NCBI GenBank assembly: GCA_034717975.1
Contig: JAYEMF010000100.1
Location: 1 to 11,317 of the forward strand
Direction: 5' to 3'
DNA from: Campylobacterota bacterium
Lineage (GTDB): Bacteria > Campylobacterota > Campylobacteria > Campylobacterales > Sulfurimonadaceae
Length of the DNA: 11,317 nucleotides
Below, one piece after another: positions 1 to 7,876 of the stretch. The translations under genes and the position numbers were made by a program. Numbering within the stretch: the stretch's first letter is position 1; every line of letters starts with the position of its first letter. The notes beneath the pieces are model-generated. The model saw only the letters and a program-made list of their open reading frames with translations, did no database searches and had not been told where the DNA came from.

Positions 1-289
1 TCCCTTCAAGCAGTGAAATAATGTCGAAAGCGTCACCGCCTTCAAGAAGAAATATAATATATTCTCGCCCTGTTTCCGGGTTGATCTGTGAGATTTTTAC
101 TCTTCCGCTGATAATGACAAAAAATGACTCTTTCGCTTGCGAAGGGGATATAACGCTTTTTTTTGGCAGTGTCATAGGGCTGAAATAGCTCAATATTTCT
201 TCCATCATCTCTTCATCAACACCTTGAAACAAAGTAGCACTTTGCAAAATGTTTATACTTGGAAGATAGTAGGGTGAATCTTTTCTCAT
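1..289 (-). CDS. Crp/Fnr-family transcriptional regulator, N-terminal cyclic-nucleotide-binding domain (partial, continues beyond the left edge)
   Basis: Not in the ORF track; translated by hand. The ATG at 289-287 overlaps the patatin TGA (ATGA). It reads MRKDSPYYLPSINILQSATLFQGVDEEMMEEIL...FFVIISGRVKISQINPETGREYIIFLLEGGDAFDIISLLEG with no stop before the edge. LFxG and (F/Y)xIxSGxVK...GRE..I..L..GD.F are typical cNMP-binding beta-roll motifs. Confidence 0.88.
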   Translation of the reverse strand, partial: MRKDSPYYLPSINILQSATLFQGVDEEMMEEILSYFSPMTLPKKSVISPSQAKESFFVIISGRVKISQINPETGREYIIFLLEGGDAFDIISLLEG

Positions 290-1167
290 ACGTTTTCCTT
301 AAGGTCCTCTTTGGCAATGATCCTGCCAAGTTCGATCATTTCATACGCTCTGTTGAACTCATAAAACCCACATGCATCATTTGGAATGCCTATGATAATG
401 TCGGGAGAATATCCTGCTATTTTAAATTCTGAGAGAGTATTTTGCATTGTATCTATCGTATCCCCCATGATATCAAACATGTTCATCTTTCCAGATGTGT
501 TTTCTGGTTCTTTTGCGATTAGGTCTTCAGTTTTTTGCAGCAGTTTAAAAAAGATATTATGTATTCCGTTTTCTTTTTCCCGCTCTTTTTTTGGAATGGA
601 TACTTTATAATTCTTGGCAACATTGGCACTAAGGCTGACAGCGATTGTTAAGTCTGTATTATCTGATACCGTAGGTGCAATGGGCAGAGGATTCAATACA
701 CCGCCATCGATTAAATAACGTTCTCCTATTATCTTCGGTGTAAAAACTGTAGGAATGGCGATGGAAGCTCTCACAGAATCCAAAAGTTTCCCTTTTTGGA
801 TCCAGACCTCTTTTTGCTTCATGATGTCTGTTGCAACGGCAGTATATGAGATAGGAAGCTCTTCGATCATGATATCGCCAATCATCTCTTCGATAACATG
901 AAATACCTTGTCTCCCTGAATGATTCCGGTTCTACTTAAAGAAAAATCGAGAAGTTTTGCAACATCAAAAAGATCAAGTGTCAATATCCACTTCTTAAAT
1001 TCATCAAGCTTTCCGCATGCATAGAGTGCTCCAATGAGCGCTCCCATAGATGAACCAGAAATGGATTTGATCTCATAGCCAAGGTCCAGAAGCGTTTCGA
1101 TCACACCGATATGTGCGTATCCTCTTGCCCCTCCGCTGCCTAACACTAAAGAGATACTTTTGCTCAT
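286..1167 (-). CDS. Patatin-like phospholipase (RssA/NTE-like)
   Basis: Oxyanion loop LVLGSGGARGYAHIGV, nucleophile elbow GSSMG (GxSxG), catalytic DGG motif (YLIDGGVLNP). AAGGAG RBS upstream. Confidence 0.95.
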   Translation of the reverse strand: MSKSISLVLGSGGARGYAHIGVIETLLDLGYEIKSISGSSMGALIGALYACGKLDEFKKWILTLDLFDVAKLLDFSLSRTGIIQGDKVFHVIEEMIGDIMIEELPISYTAVATDIMKQKEVWIQKGKLLDSVRASIAIPTVFTPKIIGERYLIDGGVLNPLPIAPTVSDNTDLTIAVSLSANVAKNYKVSIPKKEREKENGIHNIFFKLLQKTEDLIAKEPENTSGKMNMFDIMGDTIDTMQNTLSEFKIAGYSPDIIIGIPNDACGFYEFNRAYEMIELGRIIAKEDLKENV

Positions 1168-1188
1168 TTATAGCTCCTTCAATTCTTT

Positions 1189-4100
1189 TTAATCTATCCG
1201 CTTCTCATACCACTTGCGCATCCACTGATCAATCGGATTCATGATCTTGTACATCGCCGGAACGACCAGCAGTGTCAATACCATGGAGCTGATCAGGCCG
1301 CCGATGATCGCTGTCGCCATCGGTGATTTGGTTTCCGAACCGATCCCTGTCCCCATGGCCAGCGGCAGCATGGCAAAGATCATCGCAAAAGTGGTCATCA
1401 GGATCGGACGCAGGCGTTTCTCTCCAGCTTCGAGAATCGCATCATCGGTCGAAAGGCCTCTTTTGATCGCCTGGTTGGCAAAATCGACCAGCAAGACGGC
1501 GTTTTTACCTACCATCCCCATCAGCAGCATAAAGCCGATCATCGTAAAGAGGTTGAAGGTCTTGGCAGTGAGGAAAAGTGCCGTTAACACCCCGATGAGG
1601 CTCAGTGGCAGTGCCACCATGATAATGAGGGGTTGGAGCAGTGACTCATAAAGTGCAGCCAGAATCAGATACATCATAACGACGGTAAGCAGTACGGCAA
1701 ACATGAACGCCTTGCCTGTCTTCTCCATCTCTTCGGCAAAACCCGTAAAGCGGTACTCAACATCTTTTGGAAGCATCTCTTTGATATGTTCTTCAGTATA
1801 TGAAACGGCGTCACCAAGCACTGTACCGTAAAGGTCGGCAAAGATCGTTGTCTGACGCTCTCTGTCCATATGAAAGATCGATGCCGCACCAAGACCCTCT
1901 TCAAATGTCACGATACCTTCAAGATAGACTTTACGGCCATCGGGTGCCGTGATCTGCATTCGTTTAAGGTCACTGATCTGCCGGCGGAAATCATCATCAA
2001 AACGCAGCGTTATATCAAACTGCTTGCCAAACTCTTCATACTGGCTGATGGAGCGGTCGCTGGAGAATGCGGTATTGATAATCGAGACGATTTCTAACGC
2101 ACTAATGCCAAACCGTGCAGCATTTTGACGTTTCACCCCAATGCGAAGCTCCGGTTTTCCTGCTTCATAGTTGCTGTCGATATCGACGACCCCCTCTTTT
2201 TCAGAGAGCAGCCCTTTGATGTTGTCTGCGGCAATAGCAAGGGATTCGAGTGAATCCGATTTGAGCACCAGCTGATAGGGGACACTCACCCCGGCTCCTT
2301 TGATGGCTGGAATATCGGCAACGGTGATAAAGAGGTTTTTGGTATCACGAAGTTTTTCACGATAGTTTTGAACGATATCCTGCTGTGAGCTTTTGCGATT
2401 TTCAATGGCAACCAGTTTGACATAGATGATCGCCTTGTTGATCTCCTGTGCCGTGTTGTAACCGATGCTCAGCGTCGTATATTTGACATCATCATCCGCT
2501 TTTACACGTTCTTGCAGCGTCTGGAGCTGACGTGTCATCTCTTCAAGGCTTATACCGCTTGGTGCTTTGATCTTGATCTCAAACTCGCTTTTGTCCTCTT
2601 TTGGGATAAACTCGACACCGACATGACCTCCCAGTGAAAACGAGCCGAACAGCAGTGCAAATATCCCGATCAGGGTAAGCCATTTGAAACGAAGGACAAT
2701 CTTGAGGAGTTTGACATAAACACGATCGATCCATGCCAGAATGGGTTCCGTCATCACATAAAAACGGCTCTGCTTTTCATTGAGTACCCTCGCGCTCAGA
2801 CTCGGAATCAGGGTCAAGGCGATTATATAGGAGATGATGACGGCAAACGCTACAGTGATGGCAAAGGAGTTGAAAAACTTCCCGACGATACCGCTCATAA
2901 AAGCGACCGGGACAAAGACGGCCAGCAGCATGGCACTGATCGCCAGGATGGAGAAGGCAACCTCTTTTACCCCTTCATATGCCGCTTCAAAACGCCCCAT
3001 CCCCTTCTCAAGTTTTTTATAAATATTCTCGATCACAACGATCGCATCATCGATCAGGATGCCGATAGCCAATGTAAGCCCGATCAGAGTCATCTTGTTA
3101 AGCTCATACCCCATATACTCCATCAATGCGAATGTCCCGATAATGGAAGTCGGGATAGAGAGTGCCGAGACCAGTGTTGCCGTTGTATTACGCAAAAACA
3201 GAAAGACAATCAGTACGGCCAGAAATGCCCCGTAGATAAGATCGAACTTGACATCATGCAGGGAGTGCAGGATAAAGGTAGAGGTATCGTTCAACAATGT
3301 AATGCCATACGCATCCCCAGCTATCTCTTTTAGTTGAGGAACTACTGTTTTGACATTGTCTATCAGGGTGAGTGTATTGGTTCCCGAGATCTTTTTGATC
3401 TCGAGCATTACCCCTGGTTTGCTGTTAAAACTGGCATAGCTTCTGGCATCTTCGAGTCCATCTTCAATGCGGGCGATATCTTTGAGTCGGACACCCTCTT
3501 TGATCTTGATATTACCTAACTGCTCAGTCGATTTGGCATCGGCTTCGGTCTTGATGATCAGCTCTTGCACTTTGGAGATAAAGCGTCCGCCCCCTTTTTT
3601 GACATTCTCCCTGGCAATGATGCTGTTGAGCTCTGCGATCGTAATACCGTATTTGTTGAGCATAAACGGATCGGGATAGATCTTGATCTCACGTTCGCGG
3701 TAACCGATGATATTGACACTTCCCACACCGCTGATCTTTTGCAGACGCGGTTTGACTTTCTGATCGACGAAAAGCATCATCTCTTTCGCAGCGACCTTCT
3801 CCGATGATACAAAAAGGTTGATGACCGATGCACCTCCGATATCGAGCTTGCTTACCAGCGGTTTATCGGCGCCCTCCGGAAGCTGTATGGCTGCCACTTT
3901 GTCGCGCACATCATTGGCTGCCTCGTTGATATCCCGCGAGAGCAGGAATTTGACGATGACAACACTCATCCCTTCCGAACTGGTGGAGTTGATCATATCG
4001 ATCCCGCCGATAGCAGAGACTGCCTCCTCGATCGGGTCGGTAATCTTGCTCTCTATCGTTTTGGGATCGGCTCCGCTATAGACAGTTTGAATGGTGATCA

Positions 4101-4224
4101 GAGGAAAATCGATATTAGGGTAGAGCGCCGCAGGCATCTTGTTAAACGACATCAACCCAAATACAATCAGCGACAGGACAAACATCAGGGTCGTGATCGG
4201 ACGGTTTATGGCAAGTTTATACAT
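1189..4224 (-). CDS. cmeF: RND efflux transporter permease subunit (HAE1/AcrB family; CmeF/HefC-like)
   Basis: 1011 aa with two large periplasmic loops and 12-TM layout. Proton-relay motifs GILIDDAIVVIENI, VGKNAVLLV and RLRPILMTT. The N-terminus MYKLAINRPITTLM matches the Campylobacterota CmeF/HefC type as recalled; the symbol denotes family-level similarity. Confidence 0.95.
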   Translation of the reverse strand: MYKLAINRPITTLMFVLSLIVFGLMSFNKMPAALYPNIDFPLITIQTVYSGADPKTIESKITDPIEEAVSAIGGIDMINSTSSEGMSVVIVKFLLSRDINEAANDVRDKVAAIQLPEGADKPLVSKLDIGGASVINLFVSSEKVAAKEMMLFVDQKVKPRLQKISGVGSVNIIGYREREIKIYPDPFMLNKYGITIAELNSIIARENVKKGGGRFISKVQELIIKTEADAKSTEQLGNIKIKEGVRLKDIARIEDGLEDARSYASFNSKPGVMLEIKKISGTNTLTLIDNVKTVVPQLKEIAGDAYGITLLNDTSTFILHSLHDVKFDLIYGAFLAVLIVFLFLRNTTATLVSALSIPTSIIGTFALMEYMGYELNKMTLIGLTLAIGILIDDAIVVIENIYKKLEKGMGRFEAAYEGVKEVAFSILAISAMLLAVFVPVAFMSGIVGKFFNSFAITVAFAVIISYIIALTLIPSLSARVLNEKQSRFYVMTEPILAWIDRVYVKLLKIVLRFKWLTLIGIFALLFGSFSLGGHVGVEFIPKEDKSEFEIKIKAPSGISLEEMTRQLQTLQERVKADDDVKYTTLSIGYNTAQEINKAIIYVKLVAIENRKSSQQDIVQNYREKLRDTKNLFITVADIPAIKGAGVSVPYQLVLKSDSLESLAIAADNIKGLLSEKEGVVDIDSNYEAGKPELRIGVKRQNAARFGISALEIVSIINTAFSSDRSISQYEEFGKQFDITLRFDDDFRRQISDLKRMQITAPDGRKVYLEGIVTFEEGLGAASIFHMDRERQTTIFADLYGTVLGDAVSYTEEHIKEMLPKDVEYRFTGFAEEMEKTGKAFMFAVLLTVVMMYLILAALYESLLQPLIIMVALPLSLIGVLTALFLTAKTFNLFTMIGFMLLMGMVGKNAVLLVDFANQAIKRGLSTDDAILEAGEKRLRPILMTTFAMIFAMLPLAMGTGIGSETKSPMATAIIGGLISSMVLTLLVVPAMYKIMNPIDQWMRKWYEKRID

Positions 4225-4967
4225 CAGTCGACCTTGATCATCCCGTCTCCGAAGAGTCCGGGCGGCAGACCAGTCGTATGTACTTCGGCTATGGCTTTGC
4301 GTGTTTTTGCTTCTACGGCCGGGTAGACTTTTACAATCGTTCCGGTAAACATCTGATCCAGACCGTCAACCCGGTATTCGAACTTGGCACCTTTTTTTAC
4401 GCGGGTCCAATACTTTTCATCGAAACGTAAAATCAAAGTGACACGGCCTTCATTGATCAGCGTAAAAAGCGTCTCCATCGTGGCACTGCTGACGCCATCC
4501 CCCACTTCAACATGGCGCTGGGCAATAATGCCGTCATACGGTGCATAAAGGCGGCTTTTTTTCAGCAGAGCCTTTTTATATGCCAGGGCGGATTTGGCCC
4601 GGCCAAGTATATGTAGACTCTTTTCATAATTGAGCGTATAGAGATCAAGCTGGTCCGCATCAATGACATCTTTGACCTGCAGATAGCGCTCATAGCTCTT
4701 TTTGGCAAAGCGATGCTCGGTTTCGGCCAGCTTTGCCTCTTCTTCCGCCAGTTTAAGACTCTGTATCAGTTCGTCATTGTCGAGCTCCAGAAGCAAACTT
4801 CCGGCCTTGACTTGCGATCCGACATCCACATGGATATTTTTAACGACCCCGCTGGAAGCCAGCGTCAGTCCGGATTGTCGGCTCGCATGGACATCAAATG
4901 TTGCATATATCTCTTCGGCATTGAGCAGGCTGCCAAACAGCAGTGCCATCAATATTATCATTCTCAT
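4224..4967 (-). CDS. cmeE: RND efflux periplasmic adaptor (membrane fusion protein; CmeE/HefB-like)
   Basis: Signal peptide, lipoyl halves (SSGVVKNIHVDVGSQVKAGSLLLEL; LYAPYDGIIAQRHVEVGDGV), coiled-coil hairpin, C-terminal LPPGLFG. Overlaps both neighbouring genes. Confidence 0.93.
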   Translation of the reverse strand: MRMIILMALLFGSLLNAEEIYATFDVHASRQSGLTLASSGVVKNIHVDVGSQVKAGSLLLELDNDELIQSLKLAEEEAKLAETEHRFAKKSYERYLQVKDVIDADQLDLYTLNYEKSLHILGRAKSALAYKKALLKKSRLYAPYDGIIAQRHVEVGDGVSSATMETLFTLINEGRVTLILRFDEKYWTRVKKGAKFEYRVDGLDQMFTGTIVKVYPAVEAKTRKAIAEVHTTGLPPGLFGDGMIKVD

Positions 4968-6199
4968 TTAACAAACTCCTTCGGATCGTATCCGGCGTAA
5001 TAATAATAGTTTGCATAGGCGATATCAAGGGTATTGACCGCACGGTTATATTGTGAGTGTGCCTGGGTTTTTTGAAAGAGGGCATCAAGGTATTTCACAT
5101 AATCAACGACCCGCGCCTTATACTTCTTTTCAACTACATCAAACGTTTTGTCCGAGGCACTTTTGGAGAGTTTCGCGGCTTCGATCAGACTTTTTGCTCT
5201 TCTGATCCCCTGTATGGCCAGAGCAAGGTCAGCAGCCGCTGATTTTCTATCATAAGTCAGTTGGTTTTCCAAGGCTTTTTGATGCAATAGAACAACCTGT
5301 TTCTGCTCAGATGCAGCAGAAAAATCCACCAGATTCATTGACAGCATCAGCATGATCTTATTTTGTTCGTCTGCCCGTATTCCCACGCTTGGAGGCAGAT
5401 CGTCATCGCCATACTCATAAAAACCATACGTATCTTCAAGGATGATCGAAGGGTAATAAGCAGCATCGATCTGTTCAGCTTTATACTTCATCGCATCACT
5501 TTGAAGGGAACGTGCACGGATGCTGTCCATCTCATTGACTTGTTCATTTGAGGGCTCTTTAATACTGCCGGGTTTTAGTTCATCGATCTGCAAGCCAGTC
5601 AGTAGAGAAAGTTTGGAGACCAACGTGTCTTCCTGATACCTAAGCGAGACGATCTCGTAATCGCTGTTTGCCAGTGCGGCTTTGATCCGTTCGACATCAT
5701 CTTCGGTCGCAATACCTACGGAGTAGAACTTCTCAAGACGACTTAACTGTTCTGCGAGCTGTTTCTTCTTCTGTTCGAGCGCATTGATGTCAGCTTTGAC
5801 ATTTTGCAGACCGAAATAAAGCTCCGTGATCTGCAGCGAAAGTGCTTTTTTAAATCCGGAAAGATCAAATTCGGAAGATTTGGTAAGGGCGGCTTTTTCA
5901 TCCAGGATGTTTTCACGTCTGAAACCATCGAGAATCACAAAGTTGGCTTTTGCAAAAGCAGCATAGACCTCGCCCGGTTCAAATGGGTTCTTCTCATTTA
6001 CTTTGGAAGCTGATGCACCAAGATCAATCCGTGGGTAGTAAGATGACTTTGTTGCATCATACTCTTTTTGTGAAGCATGATGGCGATTGACATAGGCCTG
6101 AACCAGTTCGTTTTGTTGTCCAGCTTCAATGAGTGATTTAAGATCATATGCCTGAAGCAGGGTTATTGTAAAAAGTAAAAGAAAAAGTAGTGTTTTCAT
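4964..6199 (-). CDS. cmeD: TolC-family outer membrane efflux channel (CmeD/HefA-like)
   Basis: Signal peptide, two OEP repeats (SSYYPRIDL; AAYYPSIIL), helical coiled coils, position directly upstream of the MFP and RND genes. Confidence 0.92.
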   Translation of the reverse strand: MKTLLFLLLFTITLLQAYDLKSLIEAGQQNELVQAYVNRHHASQKEYDATKSSYYPRIDLGASASKVNEKNPFEPGEVYAAFAKANFVILDGFRRENILDEKAALTKSSEFDLSGFKKALSLQITELYFGLQNVKADINALEQKKKQLAEQLSRLEKFYSVGIATEDDVERIKAALANSDYEIVSLRYQEDTLVSKLSLLTGLQIDELKPGSIKEPSNEQVNEMDSIRARSLQSDAMKYKAEQIDAAYYPSIILEDTYGFYEYGDDDLPPSVGIRADEQNKIMLMLSMNLVDFSAASEQKQVVLLHQKALENQLTYDRKSAAADLALAIQGIRRAKSLIEAAKLSKSASDKTFDVVEKKYKARVVDYVKYLDALFQKTQAHSQYNRAVNTLDIAYANYYYYAGYDPKEFVK

Positions 6200-6762
6200 T
6201 TACATCCTTTGATCATGCAGATAAACAGGCTGCACGCTTCATCGACTCTGCTCATCAAATCATCCTGTAATTCAAGCCATTGGCTTACATACCCATCACT
6301 GAATCCATTAAGGACAAACGCCATACGAATCGCCTGCCCTTGGTCAAGTTCAGGATTTAATTCCCTAAAGCACTCTGAGAGAAAAAGATAGATTTTTTGG
6401 AAAGGATTTGAAAGTTCACTGTATAAAGTATTGAAAAAGAGAGGATTGTTTTTTGCGCCCTGCTCAATGGCTTTGCGTTTTTGCGTATAGTATGAGAACT
6501 TTAGGTTTATGTAGGTACGTATTCTTTTTTCAGCATCGTCATCAGATGTTATGCTCTTTTGTAACTCTGTAAAGAAAATATCAATCTGATGCTCGATGTA
6601 GGCCATATACAGACCCTCTTTCGAATCAAATATCGCATAGATCGTGCCAATAGAAACCCCGGCAGCTTTGGCCAGATCAGCAACTTTCATCTGTTCATAG
6701 CCAGCCTCTTCAAAGTGTGTAGAAGCTTCTTTTAACAGTAACTCTTTTTTTAATTCATGCAT
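6196..6762 (-). CDS. TetR/AcrR-family transcriptional regulator
   Basis: N-terminal HTH signature A..F...GYEQMKVADLAKAAGVSIGTIYAIFDSKEGLY; stop overlaps the tolC start. The true start may be 6785 (see findings). Confidence 0.95.
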   Translation of the reverse strand: MHELKKELLLKEASTHFEEAGYEQMKVADLAKAAGVSIGTIYAIFDSKEGLYMAYIEHQIDIFFTELQKSITSDDDAEKRIRTYINLKFSYYTQKRKAIEQGAKNNPLFFNTLYSELSNPFQKIYLFLSECFRELNPELDQGQAIRMAFVLNGFSDGYVSQWLELQDDLMSRVDEACSLFICMIKGCK

Positions 6763-6952
6763 TTTTCTTTTATACCAATACCCATGATTGACACCTATAA
6801 AATAAGTTAATACAACAAGTATATATATGTATCACTTTATTTAAAATTAAATTATTAAGAATGAATTCAGTTACTATCAAAGGGCTCTACTTCCTATCAA
6901 AAATGTTAAATGACACACGTAGCTCATAGATCAGATAAATGTAATTGCTCTG

Positions 6953-7035
6953 TGACGGGTGATTACGTGTGGAAGCAGAACAGGAAAGTATAAAAGGGGC
7001 AATTTAGGCCATTACACACATTTAAAAAAGCTTAG
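6953..7035 (+). pseudogene. tnpA: 3'-terminal stub of a Tn3-family (Tn21/Tn501-clade) transposase
   Basis: From 6955 the frame reads TGDYVWKQNRKV*KGQFRPLHTFKKA* (internal TAA 6991-6993, final TAG 7033-7035). This matches the recalled Tn21-clade TnpA C-terminus (..HINLTGDYxW.......GKFRPLR..), and the stop lies inside the terminal IR as in Tn21. Homology ends abruptly upstream of ~6953. Confidence 0.9.
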
Positions 7036-7068
7036 CGTACTCTGTACTCCGTTTTCTGTGGTGACCCC
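7031..7068 (-). mobile_element. 38-bp Tn3-family terminal inverted repeat (Tn21-like, tnpA-side end); element interior is to the left
   Basis: Minus strand reads GGGGTCACCACAGAAAACGGAGTACAGAGTACGCTAAG: exactly 38 bp, GGGG terminus, CAGAAAACGG core and ACGCTAAG inner end, about 31/38 identical to the Tn21 IR as recalled from memory. Confidence 0.95.
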
Positions 7069-7149
7069 TCTTTTAAGAGTAATCCAATCGGCTTCACTGA
7101 ACTCGAAGGAGTAGAGGGTTTGATTGTTGCGTTTGGCTACTAAACCCAT
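7069..7149 (-). pseudogene. 5' end of a gene interrupted by the Tn3-family insertion; possibly CoiA-like family N-terminus
   Basis: ATG at 7149 gives MGLVAKRNNQTLYSFEFSEADWITLKR (27 codons), which abuts the GGGG of the IR exactly; the frame reads through the IR to TAA at 7014-7012. Resembles the recalled MxLxA......xSFxxxxxxWxxLK start of CoiA-family proteins. No clear RBS. Confidence 0.5.
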
Positions 7150-7208
7150 GATGCTTACAGCTCGATGATATGGCGCACGTCGGAGACCTGAACTAATTCA
7201 GCGAAATC

Positions 7209-7388
7209 CTAGCTTTTGGTGCTTGTCTTTTGACGGGGCTTGTGCTCAACTGGCACAGACTTTGACTGCCACTGTTTGAGTTCGGTCTGGGCCTTCTTCA
7301 TTAGTCTGTCAACAGTGTGGCGATCATGTTTGTTGCCGCTACTGATACCGAGTGCCGCTGCCTCGCGTTTACTTAGTTTTGCTGCCAT
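7209..7388 (-). CDS. Small basic hypothetical protein (59 aa), probably leaderless
   Basis: MAAKLSKREAAALGISSGNKHDRHTVDRLMKKAQTELKQWQSKS...; the ATG at 7388 lies 5 nt after a TATCAT -10 box. The longer 7451 start in the ORF track lacks an RBS and runs through a promoter-like AT tract. Confidence 0.55.
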   Translation of the reverse strand: MAAKLSKREAAALGISSGNKHDRHTVDRLMKKAQTELKQWQSKSVPVEHKPRQKTSTKS

Positions 7389-7393
7389 GAGAG

Positions 7394-7435
7394 ATGATAT
7401 CTTAAAAATTAAAAGATGTGCAAAATCTTGCGCAT
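7394..7435 (-). promoter_or_regulatory. Putative sigma70 promoter (TTGCAC-18-TATCAT) with an overlapping palindrome (operator or hairpin)
   Basis: -35 TTGCAC at 7423-7418, -10 TATCAT at 7399-7394, T-tract spacer. Inverted repeat ATGTGCAA-aatc-TTGCGCAT at 7416-7435. Confidence 0.45.
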
Positions 7436-7460
7436 TTTTTCGCAAAACCATTTTTTTTGA

Positions 7461-7876
7461 TTAAACGATAAAATCTTCTGGGTTGGATAGTGGCAAATAA
7501 GCTTCATAATCACTGATATTGTCATTGACGAAGATAGCGAGTCTATCATCACTTTCAATTTGCAAAATGGAACAAAGCCGTCCTTTTGCCTCAGTGATGG
7601 AAACCCTCGTGCCTCGTAGATTATCGTCCTTGAAGCGATCCAGTATATCTTTCATCTCATCAGAATTGCTCGCAAATCTTTTAAGACTTATGGTCAGATG
7701 GTCTTTTAGTACAAGCCCGTCAATTGAATTATCAAGCCGAGAAGATTTCAAAAAGCTATCTATTAACTCAGGGTGCTTTTCAAAAAAAATCTACTACCGG
7801 CCTTTTTTCTTTTTTCCAATTTTGCCATGTGCGATACGTGAAGCCAAAGAACTTGTTCAATTTGTTTAGGACTCAT
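7461..7876 (-). pseudogene. Frameshifted HTH-like protein, third paralogue of the 8432-8979 family, with a C-terminal extension (the ORF track shows only 7461-7751)
   Basis: GGAGG RBS and ATG at 7876. Removing one base in the A3 run (7846-7848) and one in the A8 run (7782-7789) gives a 137-aa protein MSPKQIEQVLGFTYRTWQNWKKEKRPVVDFFEKHPELIDSFLKSSRLD..., aligning with TYYNWKRQKRPII of the neighbouring gene. Confidence 0.7.

Noticed and set aside
286..1167. Patatin as a CBASS CapV-type defence effector
   Set aside because: Motifs fit the RssA/NTE-like housekeeping subgroup (GGARGxAHIGV), and no cyclase or other defence gene is present in the window.
386..6391. Numerous short plus-strand and alternate-frame ORFs within the patatin/efflux operon
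   Set aside because: All lie inside well-supported long genes and show no motifs; typical shadow ORFs.
6810..6870. TetR operator candidates (ATACA...TGTAT; TGAATTCA)
   Set aside because: Arms too short for such an AT-rich region to call with confidence.
6914..6971. 8-bp inverted repeat CACACGTA/TACGTGTG as terminator, res site or attC
   Set aside because: The right arm is tnpA coding sequence (Y-V-W codons), the loop is 42 nt, there is no U-tract and no attC or res architecture; possibly related to the deletion junction but unsupported.
6763..7208. tRNA/tmRNA integration site or CRISPR array at the block boundary
   Set aside because: No cloverleaf, T-loop motif or regularly spaced direct repeats seen; the boundary is explained by the Tn3-family end.
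7389..7451. N-terminal extension MVLRKNAQ... of the 80-aa ORF
   Set aside because: No RBS, and the segment looks like a promoter with a palindrome; the 7388 start is preferred.
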